Assembly: GCA_965205205.1 (NCBI GenBank)
Contig: CBDBFX010000002.1
Coordinates: forward strand, 2,285,824-2,349,823
Source: Arenicellales bacterium
Lineage (GTDB): Bacteria; Pseudomonadota; Gammaproteobacteria; Arenicellales; JAJDZL01
Direction of reading: 5' to 3'
DNA length: 64,000 nt
Shown: positions 30,361-40,513 of the stretch, piece by piece
Layout of the letters: every line of letters starts with the position of its first letter
How positions within the stretch are numbered: the stretch's first letter is position 1
Notes under the pieces: model-generated
Database searches by the model: none
What the model saw: only the letters and a program-made list of their open reading frames with translations
What the model was told of the DNA's origin: nothing
Translations under genes and position numbers: made by a program

Positions 30361-32010
30361 ATGAACAAGCTCAGACTGCCCGTCGGCTCCCCAGCCTTCC
30401 GCAACATCCGCGAGCGGGGCTGCTACTATGTGGACAAGACGCCTCACATCCACCGACTGACCGAGGGTGGCGAATACTATTTCCTGTCTCGGCCGCGGCG
30501 GTTCGGTAAGACGCTGCTGGTGGACACGATGCAGGAGCTGTTCGAGGGCAGTGAGGAGCTGTTCCGGGGGCTTCACATCCACGACCGCTGGGACTGGTCG
30601 GTGCGCCATCCGGTGGTGCGGCTGAGCTTCGACTCCAACTATGGCGAATCGGGCAGCGTGGACAGTCACGTCATCCGGCAGCTAATCGAACTTGAAGAAG
30701 ACGCGGGCGTTGAACCGCCGCCGCTGGACTACACCGGTGCGGAACGTCTGCAGTATCTGATCCGCAGACTGCATCGCACCACTGGTCGTCAGGTGGTGGT
30801 TCTGGTGGACGAATACGACAAGCCGGTCCTGGACCTGCTTGAAGATCAGGACCAGGCGAGGGCCAACCGCGACTACCTGCGCGGTCTGTACGGCATCATC
30901 AAGGGCTGCGCCCGATACGTCCGTTTCGTGTTCGTGACCGGCATCAGCATGTATTCGAAGGTGAGTCTGTTTTCGGGGCTGAACAATCTTGAGGACATCA
31001 GTCTGGACTCGAAGTACAACACCATCTGCGGCTATACGGATGCGGAAATCGACACGGTGTTCGCACCGGAGCTGCCGGACCTGGAGCGCGCGGACATTCG
31101 GAAGTGGTACAACGGCTACAGCTGGGACTGGCGCGGCAAGGAGAAGGTGTACAACCCCTTCGACGTGCTGCTGCTGTTTAAAAAACGGGAGTTCGAACCC
31201 CACTGGTATGAGACCGGCACGCCGGGCTTTCTGCACGGGCTGATGGGGAAGGTTCAGTTCAGCACCGTGGGGCTGGAGAATCTGCAGATGCACCGTCGAG
31301 AGCTGTCGACGTTCGAGGTGGAGAAGATCCGCCTCAATGCGCTGCTGTTCCAGTGCGGTTATCTGACCATCCAGGACCGTCGGGCTCACAGCGACGGTGA
31401 CTATTACCTGCTCGGCTATCCGAATCTGGAGGTGCGACAGAGTCTGAACCGGGAGCTGCTGGACACGATGGTCGGGGATCTGGGGGAGTTGATGGGCCGG
31501 AGTCGGAACATGTCGCGGTTGCTGGGCGAGAAGGATTTCGAGGGCTTTGCGGTGGCGGTGCATGCGTTTCTGGGCGGGGTGCCATATCATTGGCACACGG
31601 CCGGTGGGGGTCCGCGCCGTTATGAGGCGTATTACGCCAGTCTGCTGTATGTCGGCTTCGCGGCTGGGGGTCATGACGTGCGTGCGGAGGAGTCGTCGGC
31701 GAAGGGCCGATCGGATCTGGTGGTGCTGCTGGGGGGTCGGGTGTTCGTGCTGGAGTGCAAGATGGCGGGTGAGGGGGAAGAGGAGTCGAAGGCGTTGGCG
31801 GGGCTGGCGCAGATTCGGCGTCAGGGCTATGCGGGCAGGTACGGCAACCTGGGTGAGGAGATTCATCTGCTGTCGGTGGTGTTCAGTCGCAAGGAGCGCA
31901 ATCTGACGGCGGTGCGGCTGGAAACCACTGCCATAGCGAACTCCTGTCGGCTGACTTCGCTGCGGGTGCCGGGGTGTTCGGATGGCCGTCTGACGTCCGG
32001 GTGCCGTTGA
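30361..32010 (+). CDS. P-loop ATPase (AAA-ATPase_like type) + C-terminal PD-(D/E)XK nuclease (PDDEXK_9/DUF1703 type), paralog 1, aberrant 3' end
   Basis: Walker A RPRRFGKT, Walker B VVVLVDEYD, nuclease core GRSDLVV...FVLECK. The normal stop was lost by a ~65-bp deletion between GGTGCGG repeats (junction 31911-31917), so the ORF reads into the spacer. Confidence 0.8.
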   Translation: MNKLRLPVGSPAFRNIRERGCYYVDKTPHIHRLTEGGEYYFLSRPRRFGKTLLVDTMQELFEGSEELFRGLHIHDRWDWSVRHPVVRLSFDSNYGESGSVDSHVIRQLIELEEDAGVEPPPLDYTGAERLQYLIRRLHRTTGRQVVVLVDEYDKPVLDLLEDQDQARANRDYLRGLYGIIKGCARYVRFVFVTGISMYSKVSLFSGLNNLEDISLDSKYNTICGYTDAEIDTVFAPELPDLERADIRKWYNGYSWDWRGKEKVYNPFDVLLLFKKREFEPHWYETGTPGFLHGLMGKVQFSTVGLENLQMHRRELSTFEVEKIRLNALLFQCGYLTIQDRRAHSDGDYYLLGYPNLEVRQSLNRELLDTMVGDLGELMGRSRNMSRLLGEKDFEGFAVAVHAFLGGVPYHWHTAGGGPRRYEAYYASLLYVGFAAGGHDVRAEESSAKGRSDLVVLLGGRVFVLECKMAGEGEEESKALAGLAQIRRQGYAGRYGNLGEEIHLLSVVFSRKERNLTAVRLETTAIANSCRLTSLRVPGCSDGRLTSGCR

Positions 32011-32017
32011 CCCGGAC
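31995..32017 (+). terminator. Spacer hairpin GTCCGGGT-N7-ACCCGGAC (after paralog 1)
   Basis: Perfect 8-bp GC-rich stem. A short T-run (GATTTT/GATCT) follows ~10 nt later. The hairpin recurs in most spacers. Confidence 0.4.
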
Positions 32018-32346
32018 CCGTCCCGATCTCCCGCCCACATTCGACGGTGATGGGCTGTCGGTGCTTTCCGGCTGAAACCACCGTTTTCATCATCCCGGAC
32101 CCTCGGAACCGCCGGACTGCGGACCGCTTCGATTGTCTCATGCCGATCAACGCGTGCTGAGATCTGGAGTCCGTCCGATTTTCACGCCCAAAGCGCCGTC
32201 ATGCTGGTTTTCAGGTCAGCATTGAACGGGCCGCAACCGTTGTCTGAAAGAATGAACCTGGGCGATGCGCGGGCCTGATGATGCGCTTCGAATGACGGAT
32301 CTGAGCTGTCAATCTCTCGTATTTTGAAACGTCCGCCGCCGATCGA

Positions 32347-32355
32347 TGCTACAAT
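32347..32355 (+). promoter_or_regulatory. Extended -10-like box TGCTACAAT upstream of paralog 2
   Basis: Same invariant motif. TTGAAA lies 20 nt upstream. Confidence 0.5.
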
Positions 32356-32387
32356 GGGCGCAGACGGTTCACCGATCAAATCCTGAA

Positions 32388-33980
32388 ATGAACAAGCTCA
32401 GACTGCCCATCGGCTCCCCAGCCTTCCGCAACATCCGCGAGCGGGGTTGCTACTATGTGGACAAAACGCCTCACATCCACAGACTGACCGAGGGTGGCGA
32501 GTACTATTTCCTGTCTCGACCGCGGCGGTTCGGGAAGACGCTGCTGTTAGACACGATGCAGGAGCTGTTCGAGGGCAGTGAGGAGCTGTTCCGGGGGCTT
32601 CACATCCACGACCGCTGGGACTGGTCGGTCAGACATCCGGTGGTGCGGCTGAGCTTCGATGCCGACTATGGCGAATCGGATGGACTGGAAAGTGACATCA
32701 ACGATCAGCTGTCCGCCATAGAGGAAGAGGCGGGTCTTGAACCTTCTCCGCCGACACGACCCGGCGCGGTGCGTCTGCGCCATATCATCCGTCAGCTGCA
32801 TCGCGCCACTGGTCGTCAGGTGGTGGTTCTGGTGGACGAGTACGACAAGCCGATCCTCGACCTGCTTGAAGATTCGGACCAGGCGCAGGCCAACCGCGAT
32901 TATCTGCGCGGTCTGTACGGCATCATCAAGGGCTGCGCCCGGCATGTCCGTTTCGTTTTCGTGAACGGCATCAGCATGTATTCGAAGGTGAGTCTGTTTT
33001 CGGGGCTGAACAATCTCAGGGACATCAGTCTGAGTCCGAAGTACAACACCATCTGTGGCTATACGGATGCGGAAATCGACACGGTGTTCGCACCGGAGCT
33101 GCCGGACCTGGAGCGCGGAGACATTCGGAAGTGGTACAACGGCTACAGCTGGGACTGGCGCGGCAAGGAGAAGGTGTACAATCCCTTCGACGTGCTGCTG
33201 CTGTTCGAAGAACGGGAGTTCAAACCTCATTGGTATAGAACTGGCACGCCGGGCTTTCTGCACGGGCTGATGGCGGCTGGTCAGTTCAGCACCGTGGGGC
33301 TGGAGAATCTGCAGATGCACGAGGAGGCGCTGTCGACGTTCGAGGTGGGTAAGATCCGCCTCAATGCGCTGCTGTTCCAGTGCGGTTATCTGACCATCCA
33401 GGACCGTCAGGTTCGCAGCGACGGCGACTACTACCTGCTCGGCTATCCGAATCTGGAGGTGCGTCGAAGTCTGAACCTGGAGCTGCTGGACACGATGGGT
33501 GGGGATCTGGTGGGCCGGAGTCGGAACATGTCGCGGTTGCTGGGCGAGAAGGATTTCGAGGGCTTTGCGGTGGCGGTGCATGCGTTTCTGGGCGGGGTGC
33601 CATATCATTGGCACACGGCCGGTGGGGGTCCGCGCCGTTATGAGGCGTATTACGCCAGTCTGCTGTATGTCGGCTTCGCGGCTGGGGGTCATGACGTGCG
33701 GGCGGAGGAGTCGTCGGCGAAGGGCCGATCGGATCTGGTGGTGCTGCTGGGGGGTCGGGTGTTCGTGCTGGAGTGCAAGATGGCGGGTGAGGGGGAAGAG
33801 GAGTCGAAGGCGTTGGCGGGGCTGGCGCAGATTCGGCATCAGGGCTATGCGGACAGGTACGGCAATCTGGGTGAGGAGATTCATCTGCTGTCGGTGGTGT
33901 TCAGTCGCAAGGAGCGCAATCTGACGACGGTGCGGGTTGAGCAGATGCCCGTTGGTGAGAGCCGGTTCGTCGAGAGCTGA
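32388..33980 (+). CDS. P-loop ATPase + PD-(D/E)XK nuclease, paralog 2
   Basis: Same motifs. Start set at the conserved MNKL Met. Variable block is type beta (DGLESDINDQLSAIEEEAGLEPSPPTRPGAVRLRH). Confidence 0.85.
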   Translation: MNKLRLPIGSPAFRNIRERGCYYVDKTPHIHRLTEGGEYYFLSRPRRFGKTLLLDTMQELFEGSEELFRGLHIHDRWDWSVRHPVVRLSFDADYGESDGLESDINDQLSAIEEEAGLEPSPPTRPGAVRLRHIIRQLHRATGRQVVVLVDEYDKPILDLLEDSDQAQANRDYLRGLYGIIKGCARHVRFVFVNGISMYSKVSLFSGLNNLRDISLSPKYNTICGYTDAEIDTVFAPELPDLERGDIRKWYNGYSWDWRGKEKVYNPFDVLLLFEEREFKPHWYRTGTPGFLHGLMAAGQFSTVGLENLQMHEEALSTFEVGKIRLNALLFQCGYLTIQDRQVRSDGDYYLLGYPNLEVRRSLNLELLDTMGGDLVGRSRNMSRLLGEKDFEGFAVAVHAFLGGVPYHWHTAGGGPRRYEAYYASLLYVGFAAGGHDVRAEESSAKGRSDLVVLLGGRVFVLECKMAGEGEEESKALAGLAQIRHQGYADRYGNLGEEIHLLSVVFSRKERNLTTVRVEQMPVGESRFVES

Positions 33981-34077
33981 TCGGTGCTCATCCGGTGCGG
34001 CTGGAAACCACTGCCATAGCGAACTCCTGTCTGCCGACTGGGTCGCGTGCGGCGGGGTGTTCGGATGGTCGTCTGAC

Positions 34078-34100
34078 GTCCGGGTGCCATTGACCCGGAC
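34078..34100 (+). terminator. Spacer hairpin GTCCGGGT-N7-ACCCGGAC (after paralog 2)
   Basis: Same element. Confidence 0.4.
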
Positions 34101-34430
34101 CCGTCCCGACCTCTCGCCCGCATGCGGTGGTGATGGGCTGTCGCCGCTTTCCGGCTGAAGCTGCCGTTTTCGATCATCCCGGGTCTTCTGAACCGCCGGA
34201 CTGCGGACCGCTTCGATTGTCTCATGCCGATCAACGCGTGCTGAGATCTGGAGTCCGTCCCATTTTCACGCCGAAAGCGCCGTCATGCTGGTTTTCAGGT
34301 CAACATTGAACGGACCGCAACCGGTGTCTGAAAGAATGAACCTGGGCGATGCGCGGGCCTGATGATGCGCTTCGAATGCCGGATCTGAGCCGTTAATCCC
34401 TTCTGTATTGGAATAGTCTTCGTCGATCCA

Positions 34431-34439
34431 TGCTACAAT
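34431..34439 (+). promoter_or_regulatory. Extended -10-like box TGCTACAAT upstream of paralog 3
   Basis: Same invariant motif. TTGGAA lies 20 nt upstream. Confidence 0.5.
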
Positions 34440-34470
34440 GGGCACCGACGTTTCACTGACCGATGATGAA

Positions 34471-36072
34471 ATGAACAGGCTCATACTGCCAATCGGGGAT
34501 TCATCTTTTCGCAACCTCCGGGAAGATGGCTGTTATTATGTGGACAAGACGCCTCATATCCGGAATCTGGTTGAGGGGTCCAGATACTATTTCCTGTCGC
34601 GGCCGCGGCGCTTCGGGAAGACGCTGCTGGTGGACACGCTGCAGGAGCTGTTCGAGGGCGGCGAGGAGCTGTTCCGCGGGCTTCACATCCACGACCACTG
34701 GGACTGGTCGGTCCGCCATCCGGTGGTGCGGCTGAGCTTCGGCTCCGACTATCGCGAATCGGGCAAACTGGAACACAACGTCAACGTCCAGCTGGCGGAA
34801 TTAGAAAAAGATGCGGGTGTTGAACCGCCGCCGTTGGATTACAGCGGTGCGGAACGTCTGCAGTATCTGATCGGCGAACTCCATCATCAGACTGGTCGGC
34901 AGGTGGTGGTGCTGGTGGACGAATACGACAAGCCGATCCTGGACCTGCTTGAAGATCAGGACCGGGCGAGGGCGAACCGCGACTACCTGCGCGGTCTGTA
35001 CGGCATCATCAAGGACTGCGCCCGCCAGGTCCGCTTCGTTTTCGTGACCGGCATCAGCATGTATTCGAAGGGGAGTCTGTTTTCGGGGCTGAACAATCTG
35101 GACGACATCAGTCTGGATCCGGAGTACAACACCATCTGCGGCTACACGGATGTGGAAATTGACACCGTGTTCGCACCGGAGCTGCCGGACCTGGAGCGCG
35201 CGGACATTCGGAAGTGGTACAACGGCTACAGCTGGGACTGGCGCGGCAAGGAGAAGGTGTACAATCCCTTCGACGTGCTGCTGCTGTTTAAAAAACGGGA
35301 GTTCGAACCCCACTGGTATGAGACCGGCACGCCGGGCTTTCTGCACGGGCTGATGGGGAAGGTTCAGTTCAGCACCGTGGGGCTGGAGAATCTGCAGATG
35401 CACGAGGAGGCGCTGTCGACGTTCGAGGTGGGTAAGATCCGCCTCAATGCGCTGCTGTTCCAGTGCGGTTATCTGACCATCCAGGACCGTCAGGTTCGCA
35501 GCGACGACTACTACTACCTGCTCGGCTATCCGAATCTTGAGGTGCGGCAGAGTCTGAATCGGGAGCTGCTGGACACGATGGTCGGGGATCTGGGTGAGTT
35601 GATGGGCCGGAGTCGGAACATGTCGCGGTTGCTGGGCGAGAAGGATTTCGAGGGCTTTGCGGTGGCGGTGCATGCGTTTCTGGGCGGGGTGCCATATCAT
35701 TGGCACACGGCCGGTGGGGGTCCGCGCCGTTATGAGGCGTATTACGCCAGTCTGCTGTATGTCGGCTTCGCGGCTGGGGGTCATGACGTGCGTGCGGAGG
35801 AGTCGTCGGCGAAGGGCCGATCGGATCTGGTGGTGCTGCTGGGGGGTCGGGTGTTCGTGCTGGAGTGCAAGATGGCGGGTGAGGGGGAAGAGGAGTCGAA
35901 GGCGGTGGCGGCATTGGCGCAGATTCGGCGTCAGGGCTATGCGGACAGGTACGGCAATCTGGGGGAGGAGATTCATCTGCTGTCGGTGGTGTTCAGTCGC
36001 AAGGAGCGCAATCTGGCGGCGGTGCAGGTGGAGCGGATGCATCTTGGTGAGAGACGGTTCGTCGAGAGCTGA
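34471..36072 (+). CDS. P-loop ATPase + PD-(D/E)XK nuclease, paralog 3
   Basis: Same motifs. N-terminus type I (ILPIGDSSFRNLREDG). Variable block is alpha-like. Confidence 0.85.
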   Translation: MNRLILPIGDSSFRNLREDGCYYVDKTPHIRNLVEGSRYYFLSRPRRFGKTLLVDTLQELFEGGEELFRGLHIHDHWDWSVRHPVVRLSFGSDYRESGKLEHNVNVQLAELEKDAGVEPPPLDYSGAERLQYLIGELHHQTGRQVVVLVDEYDKPILDLLEDQDRARANRDYLRGLYGIIKDCARQVRFVFVTGISMYSKGSLFSGLNNLDDISLDPEYNTICGYTDVEIDTVFAPELPDLERADIRKWYNGYSWDWRGKEKVYNPFDVLLLFKKREFEPHWYETGTPGFLHGLMGKVQFSTVGLENLQMHEEALSTFEVGKIRLNALLFQCGYLTIQDRQVRSDDYYYLLGYPNLEVRQSLNRELLDTMVGDLGELMGRSRNMSRLLGEKDFEGFAVAVHAFLGGVPYHWHTAGGGPRRYEAYYASLLYVGFAAGGHDVRAEESSAKGRSDLVVLLGGRVFVLECKMAGEGEEESKAVAALAQIRRQGYADRYGNLGEEIHLLSVVFSRKERNLAAVQVERMHLGERRFVES

Positions 36073-36142
36073 TCGGTGATCATTCGGTGCGGCTGGAAAC
36101 CACTGCCATAGCGAACTCCTGTCTGCCGACTGGGTCGCGGGC

Positions 36143-38492
36143 CTCACAACATCCCACAGTTGAATCTATTCATTCTGGATCATGCCTCGCCTTCTGAGCG
36201 AGCGATAGGTAAAGACCGCCTCCCGCAGCAGCACATATCCCTGCCACAGTTTCATGACGCCCGGCAGCGGCTGACTGCGACGCGGATGAAAACCCGCCAG
36301 CCGCGCCACATCGACGACGAAACGGCGGATGTCCGGCGCCTCGCCGGGTGGCGGCTGCGGGCGGCGGATGCCATAATCATCCAGGCGGGTATTCAGCACC
36401 AGCAGGTCATCTTCACTCACCACCTCGTCGGCCGGCGTCTGCGGGCTGTCGCGCGCCATCCGATCGAGGCTGAACACCTCACAGGCGGTGATGGCATCGA
36501 ACGTCAGGCACTTGCGCAGGTCATCGGCATGGTCCAGCTGCCGCTTCTCGATGCCGGCGCCGGTCTTCAGGGTGCGGAAGTACTCCTCAATGGTCCAGCG
36601 CAGCTCATAGTGCCGTAGGGCGGTGCTGGCGCCGTCGGCATCGGCCTGCCCCTCGGTGGTCAGCAGCAGCCAGTGCAGCGGCTGCTCGCCGGCCGGCGGG
36701 TCCGCTTCAATCGCACTGACCGCCAGCATCTCAATCGGCGCCGTATCCGCCCCCGAGGGCGGTCGCCGCGGCGCCGCCAGCCGCACCCGCGCCGCCCGCA
36801 ACGCCAGCCGCACCTCGCGCCCCGCACGCTTCCGGCCACCCCCGCAGGCCACCACCTGCACGGTCTTCTCCGCCAGCGACGGCAACCTCTCCATGTGCGC
36901 CCACAGACACTCGCGCTTCCCGCCTGCCACCAGCACCTCGCGGCGACTCCCGCGCCGCACCCGAACCAGCAGCCCGGCCGACTGCGAACGCGCCTGATCC
37001 AGCAGTCCCCACAGGTCGCCCTCCCGATCGCATACCGTCACCACCCGCGTCCGCGCACAGGCCCGCTCCAGCTCACAGGCCCGCGCCAGACCCTCGCCCC
37101 AGCGATCGCTTTCCAGCTCCAGCCGATCCGCATAGTCCGCATCCAGCGCATACACCCCCAGCGGTCGCCCCGCCTCGTTCACCGCCAGACCCACATGCGC
37201 CTTCAGACCCTGCACGCCCGACCCACCGCCACCAATGTTCACCAGCCCCGCCGTCGCCGGCCGACTCGCATAGTTCAGCGCCGTCGTGTCCTGCAGCGCC
37301 AGCACCACCGGCTCCAGCCGACAGCGATCCACCATCGCCGCCCAGTGCGGCTCCAAGATGTGCTCCATTGTCACCCTCCCGTTCGATAACAGCCGATAAG
37401 CCGCACGCAAGTCCGCCCGCCGCGGAAAGATCTGCGGCAGCGACGCCCCCGGCCGCTCCAGCCACGCCCGACCCATGCGCAAGATCCGCGCGCACACCCG
37501 ACCGTCCGGATGCCGGCTGCGGCCATATTCCACATCCGCCCAATCCGTCTTCTCATCCATGTGCAGCTCAGGCGCCGCCTGAATCTGCCGCACCGGCTCG
37601 GCGCACAGCACCGTCCGCCAGCCGCGCACCAGCGGTTTCAGCCACACCGCCCGCACCACCGTGCCTCCGCTCGGCGAGCGACCCGAGGTGCCGCCCTCAC
37701 CGCAACGCCAACCCGCCGCCCGGTAGCTCGTCCCCGGATGCTCGGGCGCCACATACGTGTACGCCAGTACCGGTCGTACATTGTACTTCACCTCCCAGTC
37801 CTCAACCACCTGCGCACACGCCAGCTCCAGCACCCGAGAGGCCAGACCGTGAACCCGCACCCCCGGCAGAATCAGCAGCCGCTGGTTGTTCAGCACCCGA
37901 CTCAGATTCGACACCCGCGCCTCCACCGACCAGCCGATGAACCCATCGCGCACTTTCTGGTGCCAGCTCGCCGCACAGAAGTTCAGCCCGCCCAGACGAC
38001 CGTAGCGCGAAGAACACACCCAGTAGCGCAGCTGGCCACCCGGCGCCTGACGCCAGCCCTGCGGGTGATGCGTGCGCATCATCGACTCCCACTGCCGCCG
38101 TTCCTCGTCGCCCGACACCGGCTCGACCGTCACCTCACCCAGCGCTGACAGCGGGCAACGCAGCGCGCGATCTGGGTAAGCCACCTCGGGGGGCGCCTCA
38201 CCACCGCCCGAACCGAATGCCGGGTGCGGCGCCGGCAACGCCACGCCCAGCCGCGCAGCCAGCACCGGCAGCGCCTTGCGGGCCGCCGCCACACACAGCT
38301 CACCCGTCGGACCGGTCCACTGGTCGCGCTCGCACAGCCCGCGGGCCAGGGCGTTGCGCGACACACCCGGCGTCGACACCGCCTTCTGAAACCAGTCAAT
38401 GGTCTGAGCGTGAAACTGATGCAGGCCTACTTTCATGGTAGGCCCTGTTTTATCACATTATGTTCTGAGAATCAAGTGTGGGCCCTTGTGAG
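36143..38492 (-). mobile_element. IS4-family (Tn5-like) insertion sequence, copy B, 2350 bp, inserted in the array spacer between paralogs 3 and 4
   Basis: Termini are CTCACAACATCCCACAGTTGAATC and ...GAATCAAGTGTGGGCCCTTGTGAG. 9-bp TSD GTCGCGGGC at 36134-36142 and 38493-38501. Uninterrupted spacers carry this 9-mer once (e.g. 48956-48964). Confidence 0.95.
36166..38436 (-). CDS. IS4-family DDE transposase (Tn5-like), copy B
   Basis: 756 aa, highly similar but not identical to copy A. Same YELRWTIEEYFRTLK signature. Confidence 0.9.
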   Translation of the reverse strand: MKVGLHQFHAQTIDWFQKAVSTPGVSRNALARGLCERDQWTGPTGELCVAAARKALPVLAARLGVALPAPHPAFGSGGGEAPPEVAYPDRALRCPLSALGEVTVEPVSGDEERRQWESMMRTHHPQGWRQAPGGQLRYWVCSSRYGRLGGLNFCAASWHQKVRDGFIGWSVEARVSNLSRVLNNQRLLILPGVRVHGLASRVLELACAQVVEDWEVKYNVRPVLAYTYVAPEHPGTSYRAAGWRCGEGGTSGRSPSGGTVVRAVWLKPLVRGWRTVLCAEPVRQIQAAPELHMDEKTDWADVEYGRSRHPDGRVCARILRMGRAWLERPGASLPQIFPRRADLRAAYRLLSNGRVTMEHILEPHWAAMVDRCRLEPVVLALQDTTALNYASRPATAGLVNIGGGGSGVQGLKAHVGLAVNEAGRPLGVYALDADYADRLELESDRWGEGLARACELERACARTRVVTVCDREGDLWGLLDQARSQSAGLLVRVRRGSRREVLVAGGKRECLWAHMERLPSLAEKTVQVVACGGGRKRAGREVRLALRAARVRLAAPRRPPSGADTAPIEMLAVSAIEADPPAGEQPLHWLLLTTEGQADADGASTALRHYELRWTIEEYFRTLKTGAGIEKRQLDHADDLRKCLTFDAITACEVFSLDRMARDSPQTPADEVVSEDDLLVLNTRLDDYGIRRPQPPPGEAPDIRRFVVDVARLAGFHPRRSQPLPGVMKLWQGYVLLREAVFTYRSLRRRGMIQNE

Positions 38493-38529
38493 GTCGCGGG
38501 CGGCGGGGTGTTCGGATGTGTCGTCTGAC

Positions 38530-38552
38530 GTCCGGGTGCCATTGACCCGGAC
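38530..38552 (+). terminator. Spacer hairpin GTCCGGGT-N7-ACCCGGAC (after paralog 3 and the IS)
   Basis: Same element, lying just right of the IS copy B insertion. Confidence 0.4.
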
Positions 38553-38880
38553 CCGTCCTGATTTTCCGCCCGCATGCGGCGGTGATGGGCTGTCGGCGCA
38601 TTCAGGCTGAAACCACCGTTTTCATCATCCCGGCACTCTGAACCGCCGGACTGCGGACCGCTTCGATTGTCTCATGCCGATCAACGCGTGCTGAGATCTG
38701 GAGTCCGTCCCATTTTCACGCCGAAAGCGCCGTCATGCTGGTTTTCAGGTCAACATTGAACGGACCGCAACCGGTGTCTGAAAGAATGAACCTGGGCGAT
38801 GCGCGGGCCTGATGATGCGCTTCGAATGACGGATCTGAGCCGTTAATCCCTTCTGTATTGGAATAGTCTTCGTCGATCCA

Positions 38881-38889
38881 TGCTACAAT
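38881..38889 (+). promoter_or_regulatory. Extended -10-like box TGCTACAAT upstream of paralog 4
   Basis: Same invariant motif. Confidence 0.5.
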
Positions 38890-38920
38890 GGGCACCGACG
38901 TTTCACTGACCGATGATGAA

Positions 38921-40513
38921 ATGAACAGGCTCATACTGCCAATCGGGGATTCATCTTTTCGCAACCTCCGGGAAGATGGCTGTTATTATGTGGACAAGAC
39001 GCCTCATATCCGGAATCTGGTTGAGGGGTCCAGATACTATTTCCTGTCGCGGCCGCGGCGCTTCGGGAAGACGCTGCTGGTGGACACGCTGCAGGAGCTG
39101 TTCGAGGGCGGCGAGGAGCTGTTCCGCGGGCTTCACATCCACGACCACTGGGACTGGTCGGTCCGCCATCCGGTGGTGCGGCTGAGCTTCGGCTCCGACT
39201 ATCGCGAATCGGAACGACTGGAAGACAATGTCAACAACCAGCTGAATAACATTGAAAAGTACTCGGGTCTCGAACCGATTTCACCGACGCAGCACGGACC
39301 GGACCGACTGTACAATCTGATCCTCGCTCTGCATCATCAGACTGGTCGTCAGGTGGTGGTGCTGGTGGACGAATACGACAAGCCGATCCTGGACCTGCTT
39401 GAAGATCAGGGCCAGGCGAAGGCCAACCGCGACTACCTGCGAGGCCTGTACGGCATCATCAAGGACTGCGCCCGCCAGGTCCGTTTCGTGTTCGTGACCG
39501 GCATCAGCATGTATTCGAAGGGGAGTCTGTTTTCGGGGCTGAACAATCTGGACGACATCAGTCTGGATCCGGAGTACAACACCATCTGTGGCTACACGGA
39601 TGTGGAAATTGACACCGTGTTCGCACCGGAGCTGCCGGACCTGGAGCGCGCGGACATTCGGAAGTGGTACAACGGCTACAGCTGGGACTGGCGCGGCAAG
39701 GAGAAGGTGTACAATCCCTTCGACGTGCTGCTGCTGTTTAAAAAACGGGAGTTTAAACCTCATTGGTATAGAACCGGCACGCCGGGCTTTCTGCACAAGC
39801 TGATGGCGGAGAATCAGTTCAGCACGGTGGGGCTGGAGCAGCTGGAGATGCACGAGGAGGCGCTGTCGACGTTCGAGGTGGAGAAGATCCGCCTCAATGC
39901 GCTGCTGTTCCAGTGTGGTTATCTGACCATTCGGGACCGTCAGGCTCGCAGTGACGGCGACTACTACCTGCTCGGCTATCCGAATCTGGAGGTGCGGCAG
40001 AGTCTGAACATGGAGCTGCTGGACACGATGGGTGGGGATCTGGTGGGCCGGAGTCGGAACATGTCGCGGTTGCTGGGCGAGAAGGATTTCGAGGGCTTTG
40101 CGGTGGCGGTGCATGCGTTTCTGGGCGGGGTGCCATATCATTGGCACACGGCCGGTGGGGGTCCGCGCCGTTATGAGGCGTATTACGCCAGTCTGCTGTA
40201 TGTCGGCTTCGCGGCTGGGGGTCATGACGTGCGGGCGGAGGAGGCATCGGCGAAGGGTCGTTCGGATCTGGTGGTGCTGCTGGGGGGTCGGGTGTTCGTG
40301 CTGGAGTGCAAGATGGCGGGTGAGGGGGAAGAGGAGTCGAAGGCGTTGGCGGGGCTGGCGCAGATTCGGCGTCAGGGCTATGCGGACAGGTACGGCAATC
40401 TGGGGGAGGAGATTCATCTGCTGTCGGTGGTGTTCAGTCGCAAGGAGCGCAATCTGGCGACGGTGCGGGTGGAGCAGATGCCCGTTGGTGAGAGACGGTT
40501 CGTCGAGAGCTGA
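38921..40513 (+). CDS. P-loop ATPase + PD-(D/E)XK nuclease, paralog 4
   Basis: Same motifs. N-terminus type I. Variable block is type gamma (ERLEDNVNNQLNNIEKYSGLEPISPTQHGPDRLYNLILALHHQ). Confidence 0.85.
   Translation: MNRLILPIGDSSFRNLREDGCYYVDKTPHIRNLVEGSRYYFLSRPRRFGKTLLVDTLQELFEGGEELFRGLHIHDHWDWSVRHPVVRLSFGSDYRESERLEDNVNNQLNNIEKYSGLEPISPTQHGPDRLYNLILALHHQTGRQVVVLVDEYDKPILDLLEDQGQAKANRDYLRGLYGIIKDCARQVRFVFVTGISMYSKGSLFSGLNNLDDISLDPEYNTICGYTDVEIDTVFAPELPDLERADIRKWYNGYSWDWRGKEKVYNPFDVLLLFKKREFKPHWYRTGTPGFLHKLMAENQFSTVGLEQLEMHEEALSTFEVEKIRLNALLFQCGYLTIRDRQARSDGDYYLLGYPNLEVRQSLNMELLDTMGGDLVGRSRNMSRLLGEKDFEGFAVAVHAFLGGVPYHWHTAGGGPRRYEAYYASLLYVGFAAGGHDVRAEEASAKGRSDLVVLLGGRVFVLECKMAGEGEEESKALAGLAQIRRQGYADRYGNLGEEIHLLSVVFSRKERNLATVRVEQMPVGERRFVES

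Noticed and set aside
30682-32040. Very long antisense ORFs (380-450 aa) opposite every array gene (e.g. 30682-32040, 32547-33884, 34801-36147, 39281-40576).
   Set aside because: Their products are R/H/Q/P-rich low-complexity strings with no motifs. They exactly shadow well-supported sense genes that carry Walker and nuclease motifs. Long stop-free antisense frames are expected in GC3-rich coding DNA.
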